In this document: piece by piece, positions 27,796-37,243 of the stretch
How the letters are laid out: every line of letters begins with the position of its first letter
How positions within the stretch are numbered: position 1 is the stretch's first letter
Assembly: GCA_039796815.1 (NCBI GenBank)
Contig: JBDKJC010000001.1
Coordinates: 1-38,846, forward strand
DNA length: 38,846 bases
Source of the DNA: Cyanobacteriota bacterium
GTDB taxonomy: Bacteria; Cyanobacteriota; Cyanobacteriia; Cyanobacteriales; Xenococcaceae
Direction: 5' to 3'
Notes under the pieces: generated by a model
The model's input: the letters and a program-made list of their open reading frames with translations, nothing else
Told to the model about the DNA's origin: nothing
The model's database searches: none
Made by a program: the position numbers and the translations under genes

Positions 27796-29547
27796 TTAAA
27801 AAGGCTGATAGCTCAAAGAAAAATGAAATCCATTTTCTTGGATAGAATCCCCTTCATCATCTACAGCAATTAAAGGAATACCATAATCCAAATTCAAACT
27901 TAATTGAGAAGCAATCGAGCAATTTAGTCCTAAACCCAGACTAGCCAGAGTAGCTGGATCTGATTCTGGTTCTTGATTGTTCCAGCCAGTGCCAAAATCA
28001 AAGAAAGGAGTTAATTGTAGGGTATTAGGATTCTTAGTTAAGGGAATACGAAATTCAATTGAACCTAAAATACCACTATCAGTAATCAGTTGATTTTCTT
28101 GATATCCACGCACAGTATTAACTCCCCCCTGGCTAAACTGCTCTAAAGACAATAAAGGATTAGGGGTAAATTGTCCACCAACTCTGGCAACTATTAAATT
28201 TCTGGCAGATAGCTGTTGCACCCATTGAAACTGTCCTTGCCAAGCAAAAAAACGACCATCTGGTTCTGTATTATTAATAGTCGCATCAAAAGCATCAATG
28301 CCAATATTAAATTGCGATCGCGCAGCCAAAACACGATTGCGATTGCGATTGACCCAATCTTGAGAAAATTTTAGTACTGTCGTCTTAGATTCGCCATCTT
28401 GTCCACCGAGGGAAAAGTCATAGGGTTCTCCCTGTAAAAAAGTACGCCGACGGTGTAGATCTAAACCAAAACTGAGATTAAATTCTTGATTGGGAGATCG
28501 CAGTAATGGTTGGCGTAAATTGAAAGATATAGTTTCAGTTTCGCTCTGAATATCTAAATCACGAAATCGCGCTTCAATAATCTCGCTATCACCATTGTCG
28601 TAACTAAAGCCGAAAGTACCATCATAAGCATTCCAGGGAATTGTGTAGCTAAAATTATATAAATCTAAGCCTTCAGTAAAGTCATATTGCGCACTAAAGC
28701 GATCGCCAAAGCCCAAGAGGTTATTATGAGCAAGATTGACACTACCTTGAATTTCGCCAATACTAGGGGCGCGATAGTTATTGAGAGCAAAAGTAGAACT
28801 AAAGGCATCCGCCTCTTGAATATTTATAAGTAAAACATTGCTACCTGCACGTTTACCTGCTGTTAATTCGGCATTAACTGTCCTAATTACAGGATTTAAA
28901 ATTAGTAATTGTAATCCTGTTTCTAAACTTTTCTGATTTAATGGGGTAGTGGTAGCCAGATTTAAACGAGAACGAACATAACTATCTGTCAGATGCTTTA
29001 AACCTGTAATTTGAATGTCTTCTAATTCGCCTTCTACTATTTGGATTTGAACTATACCCTGACCCAAGTCTTGATTATTAAGTAAAAATGCTCCAGAAGT
29101 AACATAGCCATTTTGCAGATAGAGAGCAGTAATTCGCGATCGCAAACAGATTAAATCGGCAAAAGTTGCCGTGCGATATTTTAATTGAGAGTTTTGAATT
29201 AATTTTTTAATCTCAGGTTGTAAAACAGTACTGCCTGTTACCTGAATATCTTTAACCAAAAAGCGGTCTTGATAATTACTGTAGGGTTGATTTAATTCTG
29301 TGGATATCTGGCAGCCTTCTAAACTAGTAGAATTTTGCGGAGTTTGTAACTTGGGTTTTTGACGAGTTGTAGGAGGCTGAACAGGAAGAGATTGCCGTTG
29401 TCGAGGAATAGCGCGATCTAGATCGCGAAGAGGTTCAAATTCTGAAGGAGCGTTTTGTCCCCAGGCTGAAAAAGGGACAGATATTAAAAAAGCCAAGCTA
29501 AAACTATGTATAGCTATTAGAGGATATTGAAGACAAAAATTCTCCAT
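27796..29547 (-). CDS. ShlB/FhaC/HecB family two-partner secretion transporter (TpsB)
   Basis: Signal peptide, POTRA region 'ITALYLQNGYVTSGA...IVEGELE', Omp85 motif 'VRGYQEN' and C-terminal aromatic 'FSLSYQPF'. Confidence 0.93.
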   Translation of the reverse strand: MENFCLQYPLIAIHSFSLAFLISVPFSAWGQNAPSEFEPLRDLDRAIPRQRQSLPVQPPTTRQKPKLQTPQNSTSLEGCQISTELNQPYSNYQDRFLVKDIQVTGSTVLQPEIKKLIQNSQLKYRTATFADLICLRSRITALYLQNGYVTSGAFLLNNQDLGQGIVQIQIVEGELEDIQITGLKHLTDSYVRSRLNLATTTPLNQKSLETGLQLLILNPVIRTVNAELTAGKRAGSNVLLINIQEADAFSSTFALNNYRAPSIGEIQGSVNLAHNNLLGFGDRFSAQYDFTEGLDLYNFSYTIPWNAYDGTFGFSYDNGDSEIIEARFRDLDIQSETETISFNLRQPLLRSPNQEFNLSFGLDLHRRRTFLQGEPYDFSLGGQDGESKTTVLKFSQDWVNRNRNRVLAARSQFNIGIDAFDATINNTEPDGRFFAWQGQFQWVQQLSARNLIVARVGGQFTPNPLLSLEQFSQGGVNTVRGYQENQLITDSGILGSIEFRIPLTKNPNTLQLTPFFDFGTGWNNQEPESDPATLASLGLGLNCSIASQLSLNLDYGIPLIAVDDEGDSIQENGFHFSLSYQPF

Positions 29548-29653
29548 TTCACTTGAAATTGAAGGACTAACTTTTAAGATAAAAAGTAATTTGGGCTGTT
29601 AAATTAAGATTATCTTATACTATTTAAGCTTTATTTATGCGGAATCAAAGTCT

Positions 29654-31576
29654 TTAAAAATTCCAAAACCAACTTTGGTTAACTGACCAAGTTAATTCAC
29701 AAATCGTGCCTCTAGATTGACTAGGATAGCGACGAAAATTACCATTTAATTGTTTAGCTAAATCCTTTGCATGTTTAGTACCATCTCCAACTTTAGCAAT
29801 CTCGCTTTCAGGGTCTAAACCGACTCCATTATCTTCAACACGAATAATATTGCTAGTTTTTGCTTGAACACAAGTTACTTTTAAACGAGTTGCACCTTGA
29901 GCATATTTACCTACATTGATTAAAGCTTCTTCCAAAAAGCGACATAAGCTCCGTTTTTGTTCTACAGTTAAATTTTTACTATTCATATTTTCAAATTTAA
30001 CTATTTTGAATTGTATAGAAGGATAACAGGGCAATTGTAAGGTAATAGTATTTCTATAAACTTGATACAGTATTTCTTTTAAAGAAGATTGTAAATCTAT
30101 TTCTGAATTACCAACGTGAATACTACTACCATCAATAATGGTTTCTTTTTCGATTAAATCTCCAACGTCATGTAGTTCATTGTTCAAAAGTTTTAACTCG
30201 GCAATTAAATCATTAGTATTTAACTCTTGGTCTTGAATATTTCTGAGAATTTTTTTAAGAGTTTGAATCGGTCGATTATGAATTGTTGTTGACATATACT
30301 TAATCATGTATTGTCGCTCTTTAAGTTGGAATTTTAAATCTTGGCGATCGCGATAAAACAACGATGCCGTTAAACCGAAACCATTGATTAATAAGACCAG
30401 TAAAGAAGGAACAACAGGTAGCCACAGAGCCAGTTCTAATAAGCATAAATAGCAAATTACTAGCACCAAAATACTAGTAATAGAAATCATTACAAGTAAT
30501 TTCCCAGGAGATTGATTGAGTACTCTAGCCAAAGTAATACCTAAAAAACCCCAGGCTAAAATCCAGATATATTCCCAACCATCACTTGCTACAGTCAGTA
30601 ATGGTCGCTCGTCTAAAACCGCACTAATTATTTGACTGATAGCATGGGCTTGAATTTCTACTCCATAAACCAACCCAGGATTATCAGATTGTACTCCCGC
30701 AGCATTAACATTATCTCTGACACTTAAGGCAGTAATGCCTATTAAAACAAGGCGATCGTGTATCCAGGCTGGATTGACTTTACCTGCTGTAATATCTGCT
30801 AGAGAAACGATTCTAAATGGATGTTTGCCGCGACGGAAGTTTAATAAGACCTGATTACCCTGATTACCTGCTGCATCAACATTATGATAGCCACCAGTAT
30901 TATTCAAAACTCTAGTTAATTTAACTCGGTTAAACTGCATTGTCTCAGGATCATCAGCAGCATTTTCTAGCGTAATTCCCTGCTTGTTTAAATATTTTTC
31001 TGCTAGTCTAATGGTCAAAGAGAACTCAAGTTTGTCATTTTTTACTTGACTCAACAAACTACGCCTAAGACTGCCATCTCGATCTAAAAGTGCATCCGCA
31101 AAACCAACTCTTTCTGGTGGTAGAGCGGGAGACGCTTTGACCGCATCAAAAGGCAAATCTGAACTTGAACTATCGTGTAAAACTTTTTTAATCCCCAAGA
31201 TATGATCTTGTTGGCTAAAAATGCTATTTAATTCGGAGTTACCTGGAGGCTGGGCTTTATCTCTAACGATATCAACACCAATTGCCTTCGGCTGATATTT
31301 ATTTAAAGTTGTGATTAAATTGGCTAATTGGCGATCGCTAATGGGATAACTAGCTAAATTATTAATATCTTGTTCGTTAATTCCAACAATTAAAATTCTT
31401 TGATCGACTGGTTCAGGAGTTCTCCAACGTAAAAAACTATCTAAAGCTGTTAATTCGAGAAATTCTAAACCACCTAACAGACGGACTAAAATTATCAAAC
31501 CAATTACCGCAATCCCAGGCATTGCACCGACGCGCCAAATACCAATTTCTTGTTTGATTTTTGACCATCTAAACAT
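29654..31576 (-). CDS. CHASE2-domain sensor histidine kinase (HisKA_3/NarX-like)
   Basis: N-terminal TM; CHASE2 motifs ('ILIVGINEQDI', 'AIGVDIVRD', 'DRDGSLRR', 'GVEIQAH'); 3 TMs; H-box 'TIHNRPIQ'; N-box 'EEALINVGKYA'; G1 'EDNGVG'. Confidence 0.9.
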   Translation of the reverse strand: MFRWSKIKQEIGIWRVGAMPGIAVIGLIILVRLLGGLEFLELTALDSFLRWRTPEPVDQRILIVGINEQDINNLASYPISDRQLANLITTLNKYQPKAIGVDIVRDKAQPPGNSELNSIFSQQDHILGIKKVLHDSSSSDLPFDAVKASPALPPERVGFADALLDRDGSLRRSLLSQVKNDKLEFSLTIRLAEKYLNKQGITLENAADDPETMQFNRVKLTRVLNNTGGYHNVDAAGNQGNQVLLNFRRGKHPFRIVSLADITAGKVNPAWIHDRLVLIGITALSVRDNVNAAGVQSDNPGLVYGVEIQAHAISQIISAVLDERPLLTVASDGWEYIWILAWGFLGITLARVLNQSPGKLLVMISITSILVLVICYLCLLELALWLPVVPSLLVLLINGFGLTASLFYRDRQDLKFQLKERQYMIKYMSTTIHNRPIQTLKKILRNIQDQELNTNDLIAELKLLNNELHDVGDLIEKETIIDGSSIHVGNSEIDLQSSLKEILYQVYRNTITLQLPCYPSIQFKIVKFENMNSKNLTVEQKRSLCRFLEEALINVGKYAQGATRLKVTCVQAKTSNIIRVEDNGVGLDPESEIAKVGDGTKHAKDLAKQLNGNFRRYPSQSRGTICELTWSVNQSWFWNF

Positions 31577-31614
31577 TACTTTTAAGATTTTTAAGAAAAT
31601 TTTTAAATTTAAAA

Positions 31615-32280
31615 TTAATCAATTAAACCTACTTCTCTTGCCCTGCTTGCAGTTTGAATCCGCATATTTTTATCTTCTTCTGGATATACTTCTAATAAAT
31701 CTTGAATTTTTGTCCAATAATGTCTGACTGTTCTTTCGGCAATACTCATTCTATTGGCTATTTCTTTATCCTTTAAGCTTTCCTTAAAAGCCAATTCTAA
31801 TAAAGTTAACCATTCTTCTTTCAGTTCTAAACCCATCCGCATTTCTTTGGGGGTACAGTTAACGCCATTTAACGACCAATCTACCTTAGCCAACATCTGT
31901 TTTAAGGATTCTCCCTTATCAACTACGGTAAAACCTCCCTCGTGTTCGTAAATTTGAAGTCGCAAGCGAATTAAAGCTCTAGCATCAGCACTTTGAACTA
32001 CTATGTTAAGAGTCGGATAATTATCCATCATACTTTTTAAGAGCTTGATTCCTACTTCTGGTTCTGGTCGTTCTCCTACTTTTTCAGGAATGGAAAGATC
32101 GGTAATTACCAAGTCATAATTCAAACTATTGAACCTATCTGTAGCTTCTTGAGCGTTTTTTGCTAGTTGTAAATCGGCATCTGGATAGTTACTGGAGATC
32201 GCTTCGATTGTGCCACCAATTACCGCCTCATGGTCGTCAACAATAAGAATTTTAAGAGATTGATTGGACTGATTACTCAT
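31615..32280 (-). CDS. NarL/LuxR-type response regulator
   Basis: REC motifs 'IVDDHE' and 'ITDLSIP' with conserved S and K; HTH 'DKEIANRMSIAERTVRHY'. ATG at 32280 preferred. Confidence 0.92.
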   Translation of the reverse strand: MSNQSNQSLKILIVDDHEAVIGGTIEAISSNYPDADLQLAKNAQEATDRFNSLNYDLVITDLSIPEKVGERPEPEVGIKLLKSMMDNYPTLNIVVQSADARALIRLRLQIYEHEGGFTVVDKGESLKQMLAKVDWSLNGVNCTPKEMRMGLELKEEWLTLLELAFKESLKDKEIANRMSIAERTVRHYWTKIQDLLEVYPEEDKNMRIQTASRAREVGLID

Positions 32281-32306
32281 GCTTTTTTTCAAGTGTATTA
32301 AAAGAT

Positions 32307-32945
32307 TTAATTAGATTTTCTTGACCATTTCAAACAATAAGTAGTTTTGGCTTTTTGTGTTCGAGTTATCCAGGTTCCCGATGTTAAAACACGAAATGAT
32401 TGGCTCAGATATTCTAAATTACGAGATTTGGCTGAAGATATAACTGAATCTGATTTAAAATGACTAATTACAATCTTTAGCTGATTATCCTGTTCGTTTT
32501 GTTGTAAATTAATCAAAATAAACGCTTTTTTTACACAGTTTGCCACCTCTAGCTTTAATAGTTCGTCGATAGTAGTTAAGATCAGGCGATCGCAATCAGG
32601 TAATTGCTGTTGCCATTGAGGAGTAAATTGTAGTTGAAATTCATAATCTGGTTGAGCTATTTGCCACTTTTGTTCTAAATATTTGATGGCTAAAGGTAAT
32701 CCCTCTTCCAAATAAGGAGGAGACAAGCGATCGCTCAACTCTTGTAAATAAGTATGAAAAATCTCAAATCTCTCAATCCAGTTGTGATTTGAATTAAGAG
32801 ATAAGTTATCATGCTTAACTCGATAAAGCTCTAAACTACGACGCATGGCACAAGATTCTTGTAAGAGACAATCGCGAATTTGTGCTGCTTCTTTGGTTAA
32901 TTGTCTAGATTGTTGATTGTACCACCACTGTAATGCTCGTTCCAT
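32307..32945 (-). CDS. Degenerate cytoplasmic histidine-kinase-like protein
   Basis: HisKA_3-like 'AAQIRDCLLQ' (R at the His position) and 'LSPPYLEEGLPLAI'. No recognisable N or G boxes. Confidence 0.6.
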   Translation of the reverse strand: MERALQWWYNQQSRQLTKEAAQIRDCLLQESCAMRRSLELYRVKHDNLSLNSNHNWIERFEIFHTYLQELSDRLSPPYLEEGLPLAIKYLEQKWQIAQPDYEFQLQFTPQWQQQLPDCDRLILTTIDELLKLEVANCVKKAFILINLQQNEQDNQLKIVISHFKSDSVISSAKSRNLEYLSQSFRVLTSGTWITRTQKAKTTYCLKWSRKSN

Positions 32946-33373
32946 TTGATTTAAATCCTAAAATACACTCAAAAAGTAGTTTTTACTTTAGATATTCACT
33001 AATTTTATTTGGGATCGATTCAATTCAGAAGGCAGAAAAGTGCAAGACTTGATACTTAAATTGTCATTTTTTCCGTAGAAGATGGTCACTTACAAACTTG
33101 GAATGTATTGCCAGAATTCTATTTCAGCGAAACTGTTCGTTTGCAGACTCCTGACTTTAGAGATGGAGAAAAAAAACGAACCAGAGGTTAATTAATAGTG
33201 TATACAGTTTTCTGCAATGCTCATGATCAAGTTTGGCAATTAAGTTGACACAAATAGCTAGTGCTTTTAGTTTTCTCTTTTTCTATTGTGATCGATATAG
33301 AAAGATTGATTCATCAAACATCAATTTTTTCTTAATTAATTATTGAATGCAAATAGACAAGAGGACTCAAGCT

Positions 33374-33736
33374 ATGTTTTTTAGAAAATCTACTTTAGAT
33401 TTAATGACAATTACCATTTTAACTTGTTCAGGATTGAGCCTTGCCACTCAAGTTCCTGTTTTTGCTCAATCATCTTATTCTTCTGAAGATTATCAAAACT
33501 GGGCTGATTATAAACCAGGCTGGATTGACTATGAACCAGATTGGGCTGACTACAAACAAGACTGGGCTAACTATCAAGATTATTGGCATAATTATGATTG
33601 GGCAGAATATGAGGAGCGATCTGCCGACGACCATCAAGGCAAGTCTGATACTTTTGAAGATTATGCAGCAGATGAACAGCACAATGAAGATTCCCTTCCT
33701 ATTCTCAAGATTCTCAATAGTAATCCAAATTTGTAA
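33374..33736 (+). CDS. Small secreted acidic protein with WxxY heptad repeats
   Basis: GAGG RBS at 33361 and ATG at 33374 (the ORF track starts at 33347). Signal peptide ending VFA|Q. 21 nt repeats at 33500-33610. Confidence 0.7.
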   Translation: MFFRKSTLDLMTITILTCSGLSLATQVPVFAQSSYSSEDYQNWADYKPGWIDYEPDWADYKQDWANYQDYWHNYDWAEYEERSADDHQGKSDTFEDYAADEQHNEDSLPILKILNSNPNL

Positions 33737-33870
33737 CCTAGCGCACCCATGTACTCGACTAAACGTGCGAATAATCTGCAAACATCCAAAGACTTAAGTA
33801 TTTAATATTATTAAAATGCCAATTTTCGGCATAATCTTAAGTAGTATTAAATACTTTTTAAATTTGCTTC

Positions 33871-36528
33871 ATGGTACGTCGTTGTTTTGGTTTTTGGCAA
33901 ACTCTATTTACCATTGGTTTGGTAATATCTCTATTATTTGGGCAAGTTTCTACTATTAAAGCGCAAGCTCCCGACGGTGACATACTGGTACAACAGGGAG
34001 TTAGAGAATATCAACAAGGACAATATCAGGCGGCGATCGCCCTATGGGATCGAGCTTTATCTAGTTACCAAAAAACAGCAAATAATCTAAATACAGTAAT
34101 AGTTTTAGAAAATTTAGCTAGAGCTTATCAACAAATTGGACAGACAGAACAAGCGATCTCTTTTTGGTCACAAGTAACTGAGCAATATCAGCAATTAGGA
34201 AACCAACAACAATTAGGCAGAAGTCTCACCGAACAAGCTCAAGCCTATAATAGAGTGGGACAACACCGTCAGGCGATCGCTCTGTTGTGTGCCAGTAGGG
34301 GCGAATGGAATTCCCCCAATAAACAAGATTTACATCATAAATCCATCGCCATCAATTCAAAAGCGCAAAACGAATGCCAACCAGGAAGTGCGATCGCCAT
34401 AGCCCGAGAACAACAGGATCGATTAGGAGAAGTAGCAGCTTTAGGTAGTCTGGGAGAAGTTTATCGTCTCAGGGGAAATTACCAGCCAGCAGCTAATTAC
34501 GCCCAAAAAAGTTTAACCGCAGCCAAATTGCTAGATAATTCTCAGTTAACCATGTCTGCGTTAACTAGTTTGGGCAATACCTATAGCAGTTTGGCACAGG
34601 TGAGTTATCGACGCGCCGAATCAGCCCAGAGAAGAGGTCAAACTTATGGTGATAATAGCTTGTGGGCAGTAGAAACCAAAAAAGCACAACAAAGCGATCG
34701 CCAAGCATTAGATTATTTTCATCAAGGCAGATTAGCTACCGCAGCAGCAGATTCTTTGGCTCAAGTACGCAGTCTAATTAGTTCTCTACCCATTTATTAC
34801 CGTTTACAACAATACGAGGACGCAGCAACCGCAAAACAACAAGCCCTTAATTTAATATCTACTTTACCCCCACAACAAACCACCATCTACGCAACCATCG
34901 ATTTAGCTAAATTGCTACAGTCAGAAAAAGCCACCTTTAGCAATTGTTTAAATGCCGATAATTTACGCCAAGCTCAAGCATTACTCCAGCCCGTAGTTAC
35001 TTTGGCGACTAAATTGGGGGATCGAAGAGCCGAATCTTTTGCTTTAGGAGAATTGGGACATATTTATGAATGCGAGGGGAATTATCAACAGGCTTTAAAA
35101 TTAACCCAACAAGCACGTTTAGCAGCAGAGCAAGATAAAGATAGCCTCTATCTTTGGGAATGGCAGACAGGTAGGGTTTTAATACGTCAAGGGAATAAAG
35201 CAGAAAGTATTAACGCTTATGAAACGGCGATCGCCACTCTAGAAAGTATTAGAGATGATTTATTAACTGCTAGTCGAGATATTCAGTTTGACTTCCGCGA
35301 TACCGTCGAGCCTATATATCGCCAGTTAATTGAGCAAAGATTAACAACTGAAGATCGGACAGTTGTTATTTTAGCTAATCAAACAGCGCAAGTTGCCAAT
35401 GTCAGTTCGGTTTTGAATACTGTTGATTCCTTGAGACTAGCAGAATTACAAAACTACTTTGGGAATGATTGTGCAATCGCCGATGTAATTACCAGCAACA
35501 AAGTAGATTTATTACAACCAGATCGGCATACGGCTTATTTTAGCTCGATTCTCCTTCAAGACCGCATAGCCATCATCGTTAACTTTCCAGATCGCCAAAC
35601 TAAAATAGCTTGGCATGACAATCAGGGTAAAAAAGTCATTACCAAGGAAATAAATGAATTTAGACGGGGATTAGAAGCTTTTTACGAGGACGATTACGAT
35701 TCTCAACCAGCACAGAATATCTATAACTGGTTAATCAAGCCCTTTGCTCAAGACTTACAACGAGAAAAGATCGATACTTTGATATTTGTGCAGGATGGCA
35801 TACTCAAAAGTATTCCGATGGCAGCCTTACACGACGGTCAAAAGTTTCTAGTCGAAAAATATGCGATCGCTACTACTCCCAGTTTAAACCTGATCGCCCG
35901 TAGTCGATTAGACTCAGAATTAAAAGCTCTGGCTTTGGGATTAACCCAAGAATCAACTATAGATGGGCGTGTTTATGACCCTCTGCCCAATGTCAAACGA
36001 GAAATTATGCAGGTACAGAATATTTTTAATGACAGTATAGGGTTACTAGATCAAACATTTACACGCGATCGCCTGCAACAAGAATTAGCTAAAACATCAT
36101 ATCCAATCGTGCATATTGCCACCCACGGACAATTTAGTGCCGAACCAGAAGATACCTTTTTAATTACAGGAGATGGCAAAAAACTAACCATTACCGAACT
36201 CGATCGTCTAATTCGTACTACGGCAACAGATAATCAACCAATTAACTTAATTTCTTTAACCGCCTGTCAAACTGCGGTGGGAGATGAACGGGCTGCCTTG
36301 GGTTTGGCAGGAGTAGCAATTCAAGCTGGTGCTAGTAGTGCCTTGGCTTCTTTGTGGTCGATTAGTGATGAAATTACCCCCCAAGTGGTTAAAGAATTCT
36401 ACACTGATTTACAACAAGGGAACACCAGCAAAGCCAAAGCTTTACAACAGGCACAAAAATCATTAATCAAAAGAGGTGAACATCCTGCTTTTTGGTCGCC
36501 TTTTATTCTGATTGGTGATTGGTTGTAG
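33871..36528 (+). CDS. Exported TPR + CHAT domain protein (caspase/HetF-like cysteine protease)
   Basis: Signal peptide ending IKA|Q, TPR repeats, 'LAELQNYF', catalytic His 'HIATHGQF' and Cys 'LTACQTA', 'ASLWSISD' and 'HPAFWSPFILIGDW'. Confidence 0.93.
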   Translation: MVRRCFGFWQTLFTIGLVISLLFGQVSTIKAQAPDGDILVQQGVREYQQGQYQAAIALWDRALSSYQKTANNLNTVIVLENLARAYQQIGQTEQAISFWSQVTEQYQQLGNQQQLGRSLTEQAQAYNRVGQHRQAIALLCASRGEWNSPNKQDLHHKSIAINSKAQNECQPGSAIAIAREQQDRLGEVAALGSLGEVYRLRGNYQPAANYAQKSLTAAKLLDNSQLTMSALTSLGNTYSSLAQVSYRRAESAQRRGQTYGDNSLWAVETKKAQQSDRQALDYFHQGRLATAAADSLAQVRSLISSLPIYYRLQQYEDAATAKQQALNLISTLPPQQTTIYATIDLAKLLQSEKATFSNCLNADNLRQAQALLQPVVTLATKLGDRRAESFALGELGHIYECEGNYQQALKLTQQARLAAEQDKDSLYLWEWQTGRVLIRQGNKAESINAYETAIATLESIRDDLLTASRDIQFDFRDTVEPIYRQLIEQRLTTEDRTVVILANQTAQVANVSSVLNTVDSLRLAELQNYFGNDCAIADVITSNKVDLLQPDRHTAYFSSILLQDRIAIIVNFPDRQTKIAWHDNQGKKVITKEINEFRRGLEAFYEDDYDSQPAQNIYNWLIKPFAQDLQREKIDTLIFVQDGILKSIPMAALHDGQKFLVEKYAIATTPSLNLIARSRLDSELKALALGLTQESTIDGRVYDPLPNVKREIMQVQNIFNDSIGLLDQTFTRDRLQQELAKTSYPIVHIATHGQFSAEPEDTFLITGDGKKLTITELDRLIRTTATDNQPINLISLTACQTAVGDERAALGLAGVAIQAGASSALASLWSISDEITPQVVKEFYTDLQQGNTSKAKALQQAQKSLIKRGEHPAFWSPFILIGDWL

Positions 36529-36605
36529 GATTTTAAAAAATATCTGAACCAGTGGTGATGCGATCGCCAGATGTTGAAAATTGAGTTGACTGAAAATCCA
36601 CCTGC

Positions 36606-37243
36606 TCTTGACAAATTCTGACCAAAACTTGACTTTAACTTCAGAAAAGCTACACAATTTCAAAAAAGCGTTTAAAAGCGATGAAGAGCAATCCTGGAGA
36701 TCTAGCTTGGTATTTTATTTTCTTCAATAGTCTTGCAGCTATTGGAATACTGGTATTTAGTGGTAATCAAGCTTTAGCTCAAGTTACCCCAGACAATACT
36801 TTGGGTGATGAAAATTCGGTAGTCAATACTAGAGATGCTACCAGTGACAGTATAGAAGGTGGTGCAATCAGAGAACAAAATCTCTTTCACAGTTTCTCTG
36901 AATTTAATGTCGATGCAGTCAGAGGAGTATATTTTGCTAATCCTGACGATGTAAATAATATCTTTTCTCGTGTTACAGGAAATAATGTTTCTAATATTCT
37001 GGGAACTTTAGGTGTCGATGGTGCTGCTAATTTATTTCTGATTAATCCCAATGGGATTATCTTTGGTGAAGGTGCGAGTTTAGATGTACAGGGTTCGTTT
37101 GCAGCCACTACGGCAGATGGAATAGAGTTTGGTGAACAAGGGTTTTTTAGTGCTAGTGATCCTCAAGCACCAAAGTTATTGACCATTAATCCTTCTGCTT
37201 ATTTATTTAATCAAGTTGCGCCTGGGGCGATAGTTAGTAATTA
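36606..37243 (+). repeat. Near-identical copy of 653 to about 1290 (promoter plus TPS domain)
   Basis: Long identical runs, for example TCTTGACAAATTCTGACCAAAACTTGACTT and GCTAATTTATTTCTGATTAATCCCAATGGGATTATCTTTGGTGAAGGT, in both copies. Confidence 0.9.

Noticed and set aside
33500-33610. 21 nt repeats as a CRISPR array
   Set aside because: No spacers; the repeats are contiguous, in frame and vary at synonymous positions.
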